Part shown: positions 1 to 9,517 of the stretch, piece after piece
Layout: every line of letters starts with the position of its first letter
How positions within the stretch are numbered: position 1 is the first letter of the stretch
Assembly: GCA_965214835.1 (NCBI GenBank)
Contig: CBDCCK010000002.1
Coordinates: forward strand, 1,312,001 to 1,376,000
Reading direction: 5' to 3'
Source: Nitrosopumilaceae archaeon
GTDB taxonomy: Archaea > Thermoproteota > Nitrososphaeria > Nitrososphaerales > Nitrosopumilaceae
Length of the DNA: 64,000 nucleotides
Made by a program: the position numbers and the translations under genes
Notes under the pieces: model-generated
What the model saw: only the letters and a program-made list of their open reading frames with translations
Told to the model about the DNA's origin: nothing
Database searches by the model: none

Positions 1-162
1 CAGAGCCAGCGCGGCTGGATTCTGTAAAATGTATGACGGGCCAAAGGACAAGGAGTCTAGATGGATTTGATGCGCCAGAGACAGCGAGCCTGCTCCGGCC
101 AATACCAGCCCGCAAAAACCAAGTATCAGCCGGGGATAAAAAAAAGAACGTGTCAGCATGTG

Positions 163-939
163 TTACCACACACCGTATTCGAAATCCATCTCGACACTAT
201 ACCAGATTGTGCCCCCGTGAGGATTGTCAAACGCATGGTTGCCTCTTCTGTCTCCATGGCCGTTCAAAAACACGGTTTCGGTCACGTGTCTAACCTCGCC
301 CTGTTGGAACTCATGAGGGATAAAGCACCAATGCATGTAAAACGGGCTTGCTTCCCACGTCACATCAACTGTGTCTGGTCTGATAGGTGCCTGAAATAAA
401 GCATGGTTAAGCGTCGCACATCCGGAATATATATCGTGTAGTGTCAGGGTGGGCGGCGTGCCATGCTCTCTGTCATACAGATCAATTCTTGCACTGCTAG
501 GTGTAGAGGATCCAGAACCTGCACCTGCCGCTTCACTGGGAATGTCGGTGAAAACCTGGCGTATGCCAAGACCGTTGTTTACCAGTTTGTAGGTCGAGTT
601 ATCAATTGCAGTTATCCTGAATTTTTCAGATGATATTTTTTCGCCGTCGATCCGGGTTGTGGGCTTTACTGCATATTTATCATCGGTAATTTCACGCACT
701 ATTGTTGTGACAGAGTATGTTTGGTTTGCAATAGGACGTTCGGCTACCGTTTTTCCCGGATCAGCGGTTAGCTCCTTCATGTATTGAATCATGACTGGAT
801 CATAGATGGGTTCTGTTTGACTTGGTTCATGAACGGAATCGTCTTGTCTTGGTGCATGTGCGAATGCGCTATTCATCCCCACAGGAGCCAACAAGGTTAG
901 TGCCAAGAGAGATGTTGTGTATTTTGTTTTGCTGTTCAT
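163..939 (-). CDS. Secreted hypothetical protein (paralogue of 1332..2305)
   Basis: ORF from ATG 939, MNSKTKYTTSLLALTLLAPVGMNSAFA is a signal peptide with AxA site; TATA-like element upstream inside an inverted repeat. Confidence 0.75.
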   Translation of the reverse strand: MNSKTKYTTSLLALTLLAPVGMNSAFAHAPRQDDSVHEPSQTEPIYDPVMIQYMKELTADPGKTVAERPIANQTYSVTTIVREITDDKYAVKPTTRIDGEKISSEKFRITAIDNSTYKLVNNGLGIRQVFTDIPSEAAGAGSGSSTPSSARIDLYDREHGTPPTLTLHDIYSGCATLNHALFQAPIRPDTVDVTWEASPFYMHWCFIPHEFQQGEVRHVTETVFLNGHGDRRGNHAFDNPHGGTIWYSVEMDFEYGVW

Positions 940-1395
940 GCTCTCACCAGTCACTATACGCCTTTGTTATATAGCAATTGATATCAGCTTACGGTATGCC
1001 TTTTGCGCACGAAACGAGCAAGGATCCGGGATCTGCCCACGCAGGACAAAGCAAAGAAGCCTTACTTCCCAGAACGTGTTACGAAACGGGATGGAGCTGG
1101 TACGCAAGATTGCAGCCGTGGTCTTTCTCCAGGTCACCCTGTGGAAGATGATCAGGAGACATGCAAAATAGCGCAAAACAGATCCGCCGGCGGAGACCGC
1201 TGTTTCACGGGCGATCCTTCCGACACCCCTTGACGAGTACGGGATCCTACTGCTCGTTTCGTGCGCAAAAGGCATACCGCAAACCGATATCAATTGCTAT
1301 ATAACAAAGGCGCATGGTGACCTGTAAGAACATGGGAGAGAAAACAAAACGCATAATATCGCTTCTTGCACTGGCACTTCTGATTCCGATCGGAT
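880..1395. repeat. Inverted duplication of promoter, leader and signal-peptide DNA (core arms 936-1020 and 1251-1334)
   Basis: catgctctcaccagtcactatacgcctttgttatatagcaattgatatcagcttacggtatgccttttgcgcacgaaacgagca matches the reverse complement of 1251-1334 with few mismatches. Confidence 0.9.
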
Positions 1396-2305
1396 TGGCA
1401 AGCGCGCAGGAGGTATCGGGCGGAGAACAGGAGCCGGCAGGCCCTGTCGGAACCGTGGATGAGAACAGTCCTGAACAGGACAATGTAATATTGAGGCAGA
1501 TAGAACCGCAAGAGTTTGTGGGCCAGCACACGACCGACGTAAGACCCATCTGCAGCTACCTGTATGTCAAGTACACGTATTCCAGCGACGGGTTGGAGCA
1601 CATGGGGATAGACCACGTCTTTCGTGAGGAAGTCCTTCCGATCCCGGACACGGTATCCAACGAGGATGTTTCGCGATTCGGCGACGATCCAGTTACAAGC
1701 CAAAACTATACGCTGAACCTGATCCATGGAGACGATATTTCCGCGTTTGACAGGATCCTAGTTGACGGCGCGGAAGTATCCACGCATATGTTCCAGCAGT
1801 GGGAGATCGTAAAGACCGAAAGGGATGACACACAGCCAACCAACATGAGCTATCGGCAGGTATCGCACACCGAGGACTGGGCATCAACATAGATGGAACT
1901 TGGACAGTGCAGGACGAACACTATATCGACTACCTAGGAGGAATTTGCAACCAGTACCACATCAGGGCATGGGAGATCAGCAACAGTTCTATGATAGGGT
2001 CTGCGCACAAGGAAGTCACGAATATCAAGTTTCCATGGGACAGCATCGACATTCAGCACATCTACAGCTCCGGGCCCAACTATACGGAATATGACATCGA
2101 TACTATTTTAGGCTTGTATCATTCCCTGAGTGGATTTGATAGTGCAGAAGATGAGGCCGCAGGTGAGTTCTCCGGCAGCTGCTGGAGCACGGCACAGGAC
2201 TCGCATCATCTTGGAAACCAGTACCCTAGGAATACGATAAAGAACGACACTGTGGAGAACACCGCCCATAACGACGGATACGCAACAGTCATAAGCTGTT
2301 CATGA
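1332..2305 (+). pseudogene. Secreted protein split by a frameshift (ORFs 1332..1892 and 1907..2305)
   Basis: Signal peptide MGEKTKRIISLLALALLIPIGLASA; the second frame is open from about 1813 through GINIDGTWTVQDEH to 2305. Confidence 0.65.
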
Positions 2306-2320
2306 CCCATTTTTTTTGAA

Positions 2321-2590
2321 TTGCTGAGCAAGCGGGGCTTTCTGACATGCAGTCTGGTGGCTACACTACCATTCATCACGACCTTTCTCATAATCGCTCC
2401 GCTTAAACCGTGGGTAGCGCTTTTTCTCTTGCCGTATACGCTGATAGTCTCGTTCTTTGGCATTTCTGTTGCGGCGGTATCGCTTCTGAACAAATCGGAT
2501 CGTTTCACGCTGACATGCTCTTTTGGGATATCGGTTGCATGCTCAGGTTCAGTATATGCCTACGAGGTAACCTCGATTCATTATTTTTAG
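2321..2590 (+). CDS. Small membrane protein
   Basis: 89 aa with three hydrophobic segments, directly after the secreted gene. Confidence 0.45.
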   Translation: MLSKRGFLTCSLVATLPFITTFLIIAPLKPWVALFLLPYTLIVSFFGISVAAVSLLNKSDRFTLTCSFGISVACSGSVYAYEVTSIHYF

Positions 2591-2649
2591 TCAGCTTTTG
2601 TCTTTTTTCATACTCAGGTTCAGTATATGCCTACTCGGTACTTTCGTCC

Positions 2650-2916
2650 GATGCACTCTATTAGGTTTGCTAGTGCACGATTCATGCCGCCTGCAGACTC
2701 GAATGCCTCGCAGGTTCTGGGCCACATACTGCCCGTGGACTCGCAGACGGCCTGGCAGTTCTTTCCGCCGTAATTGAGCTCTGCCTTCCTGGCAAACAGG
2801 CATGCCTCCTTGGAGGTGTTATCATATGCCGTCTCTTCCAGGATCCTCTTTTTGCCGTCCATAATGCACGCTACGCATCTTCTCTTTCCGATGCCTGTTC
2901 CTATGCTGTACTGCAT
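2650..2916 (-). pseudogene. IS110-family transposase N-terminal remnant
   Basis: MQYSIGTGIGKRRCVACIMD...AVCESTGSMW resembles the IS110 DEDD domain (GxD.K and xExTG motifs); catalytic Asp lost and gene truncated. Confidence 0.7.
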
Positions 2917-3089
2917 CTTTTCTCGCTTTCCTCTTTTTGGTGGATCAGATGCTGCACATGTCCATCGGCACGCCGTGGTGCATGAACACTGCAGCTCGGA
3001 ATTACCGCATTCAGAAGTCAGCGCGCAGGGCGCATGGGAAGACAGCGGTTGATCCACACCACCACCGCTACGGGCCCGGGCGTTTTAAC

Positions 3090-3208
3090 CCGTGTTCAGA
3101 AGTATCACGTCAAATTATCCCAGGCTTGAAACAATTCAAACGGGGCTGGCTGCAGATCCGCATGTCGTCTCCTGCACCATCACGAGTCTGTTGCTTCTGG
3201 GAAGGCTG
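3090..3208. mobile_element. MITE-like element, family C (degenerate)
   Basis: Similar to 32782-32881 and to the reverse complement of 33182-33272; ends ctgggaaggctg. Confidence 0.55.
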
Positions 3209-3274
3209 ATCCGGCCACTTTGATTTATATGTGATTCGGAAACCGCTTTTTTACTAGAGAGGCTATGATGTGAC

Positions 3275-3559
3275 ATGAGCAATCCGGGCCAATTATTAAT
3301 CACGTATTCAGATACCAGAAAACAGTCAATGCGTGATTATGACAAAGACAATTGTGCAGCCTTGAACCACCTGATCAAACTAATCATGATAAAAAACAAC
3401 ATTGCTTTGGAAAAAATATCCAAGCCAGAAGACAACATTGCCGATCTTGTGATTAGTTTCTCTTCCAAGGATCAAAAAAGCTTGGATGCCTTGCATCAGG
3501 CAACCAAAGAATTGGTAAAAAAGAAGGTTGGCGCAAAGACAATTGAGATTGCATCCTAA
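3275..3559 (+). CDS. Hypothetical protein
   Basis: 94-aa AT-rich ORF with ATG start and protein-like composition. Confidence 0.55.
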   Translation: MSNPGQLLITYSDTRKQSMRDYDKDNCAALNHLIKLIMIKNNIALEKISKPEDNIADLVISFSSKDQKSLDALHQATKELVKKKVGAKTIEIAS

Positions 3560-3595
3560 GCCCCCCGTCTGACTAATGCTAATTGGGGAATCAGA

Positions 3596-3823
3596 TTGGA
3601 AAGGTGGCTGTATAGAATCAAAAATTACGAGAAAAAAGACAATGAAATAATAATTGACAATCTAAAAGACAGCAAATACATAATTGAAAAAGTACGTTAT
3701 CGCGACATAGAAGAGGATCCTGGAAAAATTAACTCTGTAGAGTTTAACATCGAATTTGAAGATGACGAGCATAAAAACACTGCTTGTGAACTGATGTCTT
3801 TTTTTTTCGCCAAAAGAGATTGA
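3596..3823 (+). CDS. Hypothetical acidic protein
   Basis: 75 aa, TTG start, co-oriented with neighbours. Confidence 0.45.
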   Translation: MERWLYRIKNYEKKDNEIIIDNLKDSKYIIEKVRYRDIEEDPGKINSVEFNIEFEDDEHKNTACELMSFFFAKRD

Positions 3824-3827
3824 ACAT

Positions 3828-4088
3828 GTGCACAAAAAACCCCTGAGACTTAGATCCAAGCTACGACGCTATGCCAAGCGACGAATCATCGAGGTTCTTG
3901 CAATATATCTTGGCACTGTCGGAGCATTGCAATCACAGGCTGTAACTCTGGTTCAGATTGAGAATAAACTGGAATTTTCACTACAGGACGGATTTTGGCT
4001 GAATTTTGTATGGGCCGGACTACCGGCTGTGGCGTATTTTGTTGTGGGCTTGCGAAATCTTGAGAAACGTTATCTTGTAGATGATTGA
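3828..4088 (+). CDS. Small two-TM membrane protein
   Basis: Basic N-terminus then two hydrophobic helices; 4 bp after the previous ORF. Confidence 0.5.
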   Translation: MHKKPLRLRSKLRRYAKRRIIEVLAIYLGTVGALQSQAVTLVQIENKLEFSLQDGFWLNFVWAGLPAVAYFVVGLRNLEKRYLVDD

Positions 4089-4117
4089 TTCGTTGGAGTG
4101 TATAGCATCATTCAGAA

Positions 4118-4199
4118 TAGACTTTATGCGTAATCGGTGTAGATCTTGGATTATTACGAACAAATCCGTCTCATTCAGGTCGATTACGCATAAAGTCTA
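4118..4199. mobile_element. MITE-like element, family B
   Basis: TIRs tagactttatgcgtaatcg / cgattacgcataaagtcta; close inverted copy at 32264-32344. Confidence 0.85.
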
Positions 4200-4575
4200 T
4201 TTCAGTCCGGCGAAGATCCAGGTTTCATGTCCCGAAGATTGCACAGAACCCATCTGCAGCATGTTCATATATGCGCGGGTTGTTGTCAAGATCGCGGCAC
4301 TGTCTGGATTTTTGTTTTCCCAACGAAAACCACGGGGCCGCACCGTAATTGATCTGTTTGCATTTGCCAGTGTTGTCAGGACGGTCTGAATTCCTTGATT
4401 TTCTGCCTGACTGGGGTACTTTTCACTTAGCTGGAGTCCGGCAAAGGTAATCACGTGACAACTCCCCTATTACAACGAGTTCGTCGAGTTCTGCAGCGAG
4501 CACAGAATGCATTACTCGCTGGCTATTGAGACGCCGAGGCGCCCATGATTGCGTTGAACTAGGAGGCTCCAAAAA

Positions 4576-4645
4576 CGATCAGGAAAAATGGCCCAAAATG
4601 GGTGAAGAGGGACATCAATGACTGGCGAACATGATTTTCACATAA
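4576..4645 (+). repeat. 70-bp dispersed repeat (family D), second copy at 42394-42463
   Basis: cgatcaggaaaaatggcccaaaatgg...tgattttcacataa, about 10 mismatches between copies. Confidence 0.8.
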
Positions 4646-4724
4646 CACATTGTCTGGCCAGCAATGGAGCATGACCTCACACATCACGCGACAGTCTTTT
4701 TAGTAACATGTCCATAGTCCTACC

Positions 4725-5669
4725 ATGATCAGATGCCTTGCTACAGCAGGGTTTTTCCTCGTTCTGGCTGCGGCCTTTACTGCCGTAGCACATGCGGAGG
4801 TACCGCCCCCGCTAAAGCAGCTTGCAGCCGGCGTCTCTGCTGAGGACATCCAGTGCAACCATGACAGGATCCTTGTGATGCGCGACGGTGGCTCCCCTGC
4901 GTGCGTGTATGCTGAAACCGCGCAAAAAAAGGGCTGGCACATGGTAAATGTAGCAAGCACGGCACCGTCGGTTACCGACTACGGTGAAGTCCACGAGGCC
5001 GTCATAAATTCGATTCTGATGGGAGATGTAGGAGAGCCGCTAACACTCAACGTGACCATGATCAACCACACCCCGGAAGGCTCGTGGTCTCCCTCCCTTG
5101 GACAATTTGTCGACAAGAACTTTTCGCTGAGGATAAGAGCGCCGGACTCTTTTGAGGTGGACGAGCACCAGGAATACTTTAGAGGCATAACGGGAGCAAA
5201 TTCATGGCCACCTGACTATTCGGTATATTTCGGGATCGATGAGAGTGCCGACAGGCTTGACATGGAAAGCCTGACATTCACCCCCACCGAGGCCGGCATA
5301 TACTCAATGAACATACAAAACAAGACTGCGACGGAGAGAGTCGGGCATTACTACATCTGGTTTGTAATCGGCGAGTCGGACTCGTATTGGTCCTACGACG
5401 AGCCCCCAAGGCCGGCGGCCCCGCATGAACCCCAGACACGCAGAGCCAATCCCGACGTGACCATGACTGCCGTGCAGCTTACCGACCCCGAGGTAAGGGA
5501 GTTTTTGCAGAAGCTGTCTGCAAGGCACGGTACTGAGGTCACACTTGACAACGTACCGCAGTACATCTCCGAGGACGACGATGTCTACCTCATGAAGAGC
5601 GCCGAGAATGTAGACGACAGGTGGGAGGAGATACTACTGCTTTTCAGGGACGTACCATACCATGGATAG
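4725..5669 (+). CDS. Exported thaumarchaeal protein with PLKQ...C...ACV...GW module
   Basis: Signal peptide followed by PPLKQLAAGVSAEDIQCNHDRILVMRDGGSPACVYAETAQKKGW, a motif typical of Nitrosopumilaceae exported proteins. Confidence 0.8.
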   Translation: MIRCLATAGFFLVLAAAFTAVAHAEVPPPLKQLAAGVSAEDIQCNHDRILVMRDGGSPACVYAETAQKKGWHMVNVASTAPSVTDYGEVHEAVINSILMGDVGEPLTLNVTMINHTPEGSWSPSLGQFVDKNFSLRIRAPDSFEVDEHQEYFRGITGANSWPPDYSVYFGIDESADRLDMESLTFTPTEAGIYSMNIQNKTATERVGHYYIWFVIGESDSYWSYDEPPRPAAPHEPQTRRANPDVTMTAVQLTDPEVREFLQKLSARHGTEVTLDNVPQYISEDDDVYLMKSAENVDDRWEEILLLFRDVPYHG

Positions 5670-5949
5670 ATGGTTGGGTTTTTTTGCTATCCTGCTGGCA
5701 GTGCCTCTTAGCGACCACGCCCTTGCAACCGACATGTTTGGCACAATGGGACTTGTGAACATAGAAGATGTCAGAGGGGACGGCTATTTACAGTAGTTGA
5801 AAATGTAACCCCCTTTTTAAGTGTCTGATTGTTTTGAACAAATTGATATGATTTTTTGTAATAGGTTAGCCCCTGCCTAGAGTTAAAGTCACACCCACCG
5901 TCTTTTCAGGCATGAAAATCACAACTGCAGGCAGATTAGTGCAGGATTG

Positions 5950-7581
5950 CTAGGGGCAGACGACCACGTACCCGGGGTTTCTGACCAGCGCGTCCCTGAT
6001 CATGTCCGTAACGTTGCACCCCCGGAGGCGCCATGTCTCGATGCACGTCAATATGTTACCGAACATCTTCTGTCCGTCTTTTGTCCGCAGTCCGAACCGT
6101 ATCTTGCGCGCGATCACGCCGGGCCTCAGCGTGCGCTCTGCCAGGTTGTTGGTGGGATCCATCCCAGGACGCGTCGTAAACGTGTAGAGAAACTCCGAGG
6201 CGTTGTCAATCTTTGTGGCACAGCTGTCACATCCTTCCTTCCTGTATGTGGCGGCAATCTCGCGTGTTTCTGCCACCCGACTGTCGTGCTGCCTGGCAGC
6301 CTCCTCCGGCGGCCCCGGCCCCTTGGCGCAATGCATCTGCCACTTGAGGCGCTCGCCTGCGGCGCGAACCTCCGGGGAGTCCGTTTTCTCGCTTTGGGCA
6401 TCTGCCTCCCGGATTATGTGGGCCCAGCACCGCTGCCTGTTCCTGCCAAAGAACTTGTCGTATCCGGGGTATCCGTCAGTCACCCCGACTCTGGGCACGT
6501 ATGAAAAGTGCTCATCCAGTACGGATGCCCTCCTGCTGTCAGTTGCCACCATGTGCGCGCCGACGGCATTGCCGTCCTTGACGCCCACTGCCACCCACAT
6601 GTAGCCGCTCTTGCCGTCGTATGGCATCCCCGTCTCGTCCATGTGGACGTGGTCGCATCCTGCAATGTCTTTTTTGATGTCCTCCACGCACGGATCAAGC
6701 TTCTTTGTAACGGTCTTGAGGCAGTTCTGTATCATCGCCTTGCTTACATCAATTTTAAAGATCTCCTTTACGATGCGCCTGATCGTGCCGACGGATGCCG
6801 GCATGGTGTACAGGGTGCCGATATAGGAGGCAATGTTGGGTCCAAACTCGGTGCCCGGAACGACCAGCCCGCCCCCGTTTGTCGTGGTGGTGGCGCCGCA
6901 CTTGCGGCACTTGCGGCGGGTAAAGTAGTGCTGGGTCGTGACCGGCTCTGGGATCTCTGGAATGTCAGTAGCCATCCTAGTTCCGGCGGGAACCGGATCT
7001 GTCAGGTCGCGCCCGTTGCACGCGCCGCACATGTCAGGCACGTGGTTCATTTCCCGGGTCGGTGTTCTCCTGTGTGATATGCCCTCGTGTCCGGGCCTGC
7101 GGCCCGGCCTTGCCGGTGCCCTTCCAGATGCCCCTGCCGCGGCTGCTGCCTTTTTCTGCCTGGTCGGAATCGAGTTCTGCGAGGAGGGGCTGTGCGGGTT
7201 CTCATAATATGTGATGCGTTGTTTGAACTGCTTGATTTGTGCTGTCTGCGTCGCGATTTGCGCGGCAGAGACGGCATTGTCAGATTTGCGTCCCGCCTTC
7301 TCAGCGGCAAGCTCCTCCCGTGTCCTCTGATGTTCCTTCTGCTCCTTCTGAAGCTTGCCTTGCGTCCTCTGATGTTCCTTCTGCTCCTTCTGAAGCTTGC
7401 CTTGCGTCCTCTGATGTTCCTTCTGCTCCTTCTGAAGCTTGCCTTGCGTCCTCTGATGTTCCTTCTGCTCCTTCTGAAGCTTGCCTTGCGTCCTCTGATG
7501 TTCCTTCTGCTCCTTCTGAAGTTCCGCTTTTTCGCGGGCAAGCTCATTGCATAGTTCCTTGAATTCCGAGGCTGTAGGCAT
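5950..7581 (-). CDS. IS66-family DDE transposase (TnpC-like)
   Basis: Coiled coil, CxxC...CxxC zinc finger, HMDETG, TDGYPGY, QRCWAH and PTNNLAERTLR motifs. Confidence 0.95.
   Translation of the reverse strand: MPTASEFKELCNELAREKAELQKEQKEHQRTQGKLQKEQKEHQRTQGKLQKEQKEHQRTQGKLQKEQKEHQRTQGKLQKEQKEHQRTREELAAEKAGRKSDNAVSAAQIATQTAQIKQFKQRITYYENPHSPSSQNSIPTRQKKAAAAAGASGRAPARPGRRPGHEGISHRRTPTREMNHVPDMCGACNGRDLTDPVPAGTRMATDIPEIPEPVTTQHYFTRRKCRKCGATTTTNGGGLVVPGTEFGPNIASYIGTLYTMPASVGTIRRIVKEIFKIDVSKAMIQNCLKTVTKKLDPCVEDIKKDIAGCDHVHMDETGMPYDGKSGYMWVAVGVKDGNAVGAHMVATDSRRASVLDEHFSYVPRVGVTDGYPGYDKFFGRNRQRCWAHIIREADAQSEKTDSPEVRAAGERLKWQMHCAKGPGPPEEAARQHDSRVAETREIAATYRKEGCDSCATKIDNASEFLYTFTTRPGMDPTNNLAERTLRPGVIARKIRFGLRTKDGQKMFGNILTCIETWRLRGCNVTDMIRDALVRNPGYVVVCP
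7322..7521. repeat. Perfect 42-bp tandem repeat x ~4.8 in the transposase (KLQKEQKEHQRTQG)
   Basis: Unit gtcctctgatgttccttctgctccttctgaagcttgccttgc. Confidence 0.95.
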
Positions 7582-7829
7582 GTATTTCCCGGGTAATGAT
7601 AGTTTATAGATCAGGTGGTCAGAAAAAATCAACTAGGCAGGGGCTAACCTATTACGATTTTTTGTCCAGTCGATCTATAAACAACGCCGTTCCAGTCTAC
7701 CCTGATGGGCAAGCAGGGCAGACCGAAACACCGGACAAGCTACGGCCAGAGCAAATTCAAGCTGCTGGTTGCCGCAATGGGTCTGCTGCAGATCAAGTTC
7801 TCCTCAAGGCACAACGCCATGTGGGGCTT

Positions 7830-8485
7830 GGCCGACGCCGCCCAAGACCTTCTTCAGCATGGGAGCAACCATGCATTCTGTTATTGAAAACCTTGCAAAA
7901 ATGCAAAAAGACGGAATCAAACCCACAGAAAAACTGGCTCTGGAAATATTGGAAAAACGATGGGATTCCTCCCCTTATAGAAGTCAAAGAACCAAGGAAG
8001 ATCAAGACAAGGAAACCTCCAAGGATATGATCAAGACGTATCTTGAATGGGAGGAAAATAATCCAAACACGCCAGTGGATGTCGAGCCTAAATTCAAAAT
8101 CAATCTAAATGACGTTACAATTTCGGGTAAAATCGACAGAGTAGAGAAAACGCCGGAGGGCGAATACGAGGTAATTGATTTTAAAACTGGAAGCGCCCGC
8201 AAAAGCAAGAACACAATCAAGGATGACATTCAAATGAATGTCTATGCCTTGGGAACTGAGAAACTATGTGGAAAGCTTCCAAAGAAAACATCCCTGTTTT
8301 ACATAAAGCACAACAAGGTTGTCCCCCACATCATTGAAAGGGAAAAACTGGATGGATTCAAGAAAAAACTTGGAATTACAATCGATGACATATTTGACGA
8401 GAAATTTCCTGCAAGTCCAAACACTTTCAAATGTTCAAGATGTGATTATGCACCAATTTGCGATGAAAAAGATGCCGGAAATTAA
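7830..8485 (+). pseudogene. PD-(D/E)XK (RecB-like) nuclease, C-terminal part only, probably from a helicase-nuclease
   Basis: G..MH, GKIDRVE, VIDFKTG, QMNVYA and CxxC...C motifs; no plausible native 5' end; lies next to the IS66. Confidence 0.75.
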
Positions 8486-9318
8486 GAATTCTCGGCAACA
8501 ATTCTATTGGCCGTTCCCTCTACCATGTCATCTAACATTATTCTTAGCGTGCTGCCCTTTTTGTAATTTGGCTCGTATGGGCCTACTGTTGATCTTCTTT
8601 CTTTTGCAAGCTTGAAGCCCTTTGCAACATTATTTTTTGTCAATATTCCAATTCCAACACCATTGAAATGTGTCACTGCAGAAAAACAGGGGACATCACC
8701 CGTACTGTCACCCAAGTAAATCACATTCTCAAATGGAATTCTTCTAGAGTCCTTCTTCACCCTGTCATTAACTAAGAATGGGTTTGAACGTAGCTGTTTG
8801 TCTGTAATCCCTTTGTTTATGGCATAAAGAAATTTGGTTTTCTCTGTGAACGAGACAATTGATTTTACGCCATTAATTTTCTTTGTTGATTTGTCAGTGG
8901 AAAATTTGCTTCCAAAAACACCTTTGAATTCTTGTGCAAACTTTGTACCTCGAATTAAATCCTCGATCCCTGATGAGATGATATATGCCTCTAATTTGAT
9001 ATTAAAATTTGCATATTGTTTCTTTTTTAATTTTGACTGTAACTGAGAAATGAAGCATGGCACTCCGTCATATGGTTTAATCTTCTTGCCCAATTTTACC
9101 AATTCCTGACAGGTATCGTGTTTGATTGCTCCCTCATTCATTAATTCCACAATTCTTGTCATCCAGGCCAATGGGGGATCCCATCCATCTTTGATGAGCT
9201 TGTCAATTTCTTTCCAGAAAATCTTGGTTTTGATACCATTTGCCTCTAAAAGAAAATTTGTTGTATCCGGCGCCAAAGTCTCATCACAATCACAAATTAT
9301 TGCAATGGTGTTCTGCAT
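8482..9318 (-). CDS. HAD-superfamily hydrolase
   Basis: Motif I CDCDETL, motif II ISSG, motif IV YLGDSTGD. Confidence 0.85.
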   Translation of the reverse strand: MQNTIAIICDCDETLAPDTTNFLLEANGIKTKIFWKEIDKLIKDGWDPPLAWMTRIVELMNEGAIKHDTCQELVKLGKKIKPYDGVPCFISQLQSKLKKKQYANFNIKLEAYIISSGIEDLIRGTKFAQEFKGVFGSKFSTDKSTKKINGVKSIVSFTEKTKFLYAINKGITDKQLRSNPFLVNDRVKKDSRRIPFENVIYLGDSTGDVPCFSAVTHFNGVGIGILTKNNVAKGFKLAKERRSTVGPYEPNYKKGSTLRIMLDDMVEGTANRIVAENS

Positions 9319-9389
9319 ATATTCACACTTGGTAGTTTGGATAAAAACAATGTGTTTCCAAATTAGAAAAAAAGACTAATTTTGACTAA

Positions 9390-9469
9390 TAGACCTTTAT
9401 GCGCATTTGCCAAAGATGACGTAAAAGCTGCCTGATTTTTTGATCTGTACCGATTACGCATGAAGTCTA
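9390..9469. mobile_element. MITE-like element, family B subtype 2
   Basis: tagacctttatgcg...cgattacgcatgaagtcta; inverted homologue at 24835-24912. Confidence 0.75.
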
Positions 9470-9517
9470 CTGATTAATGAATAGTTAATTTACTGCTAGT
9501 CGTAAACCGATACAGGC

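Larger units (their letters stand above)
5858..7655 (-). mobile_element. Complete IS66-family insertion sequence (single-ORF, ISBst12-like)
   Basis: Perfect 23-bp TIRs GTAATAGGTTAGCCCCTGCCTAG; 8-bp TSD GATTTTTT at 5850-5857 and 7656-7663. Confidence 0.95.

Noticed and set aside
1890-1907. Stop-codon readthrough (pyrrolysine) at TAG 1890
   Set aside because: The downstream ORF is in a different frame, so this is a frameshift.
7047-7562. Repetitive alternative-frame ORFs (RRSRRNIRGRKASF, LMFLLLLLK)
   Set aside because: Shadows of the 42-bp repeat in the transposase; the same applies to 47275-47736 over nuoC.
7769-8485. Cas4 / CRISPR adaptation gene
   Set aside because: RecB-like motifs and the Cys cluster are shared with helicase-nuclease C-termini; no cas1/cas2 or array, and the 5' end is missing.
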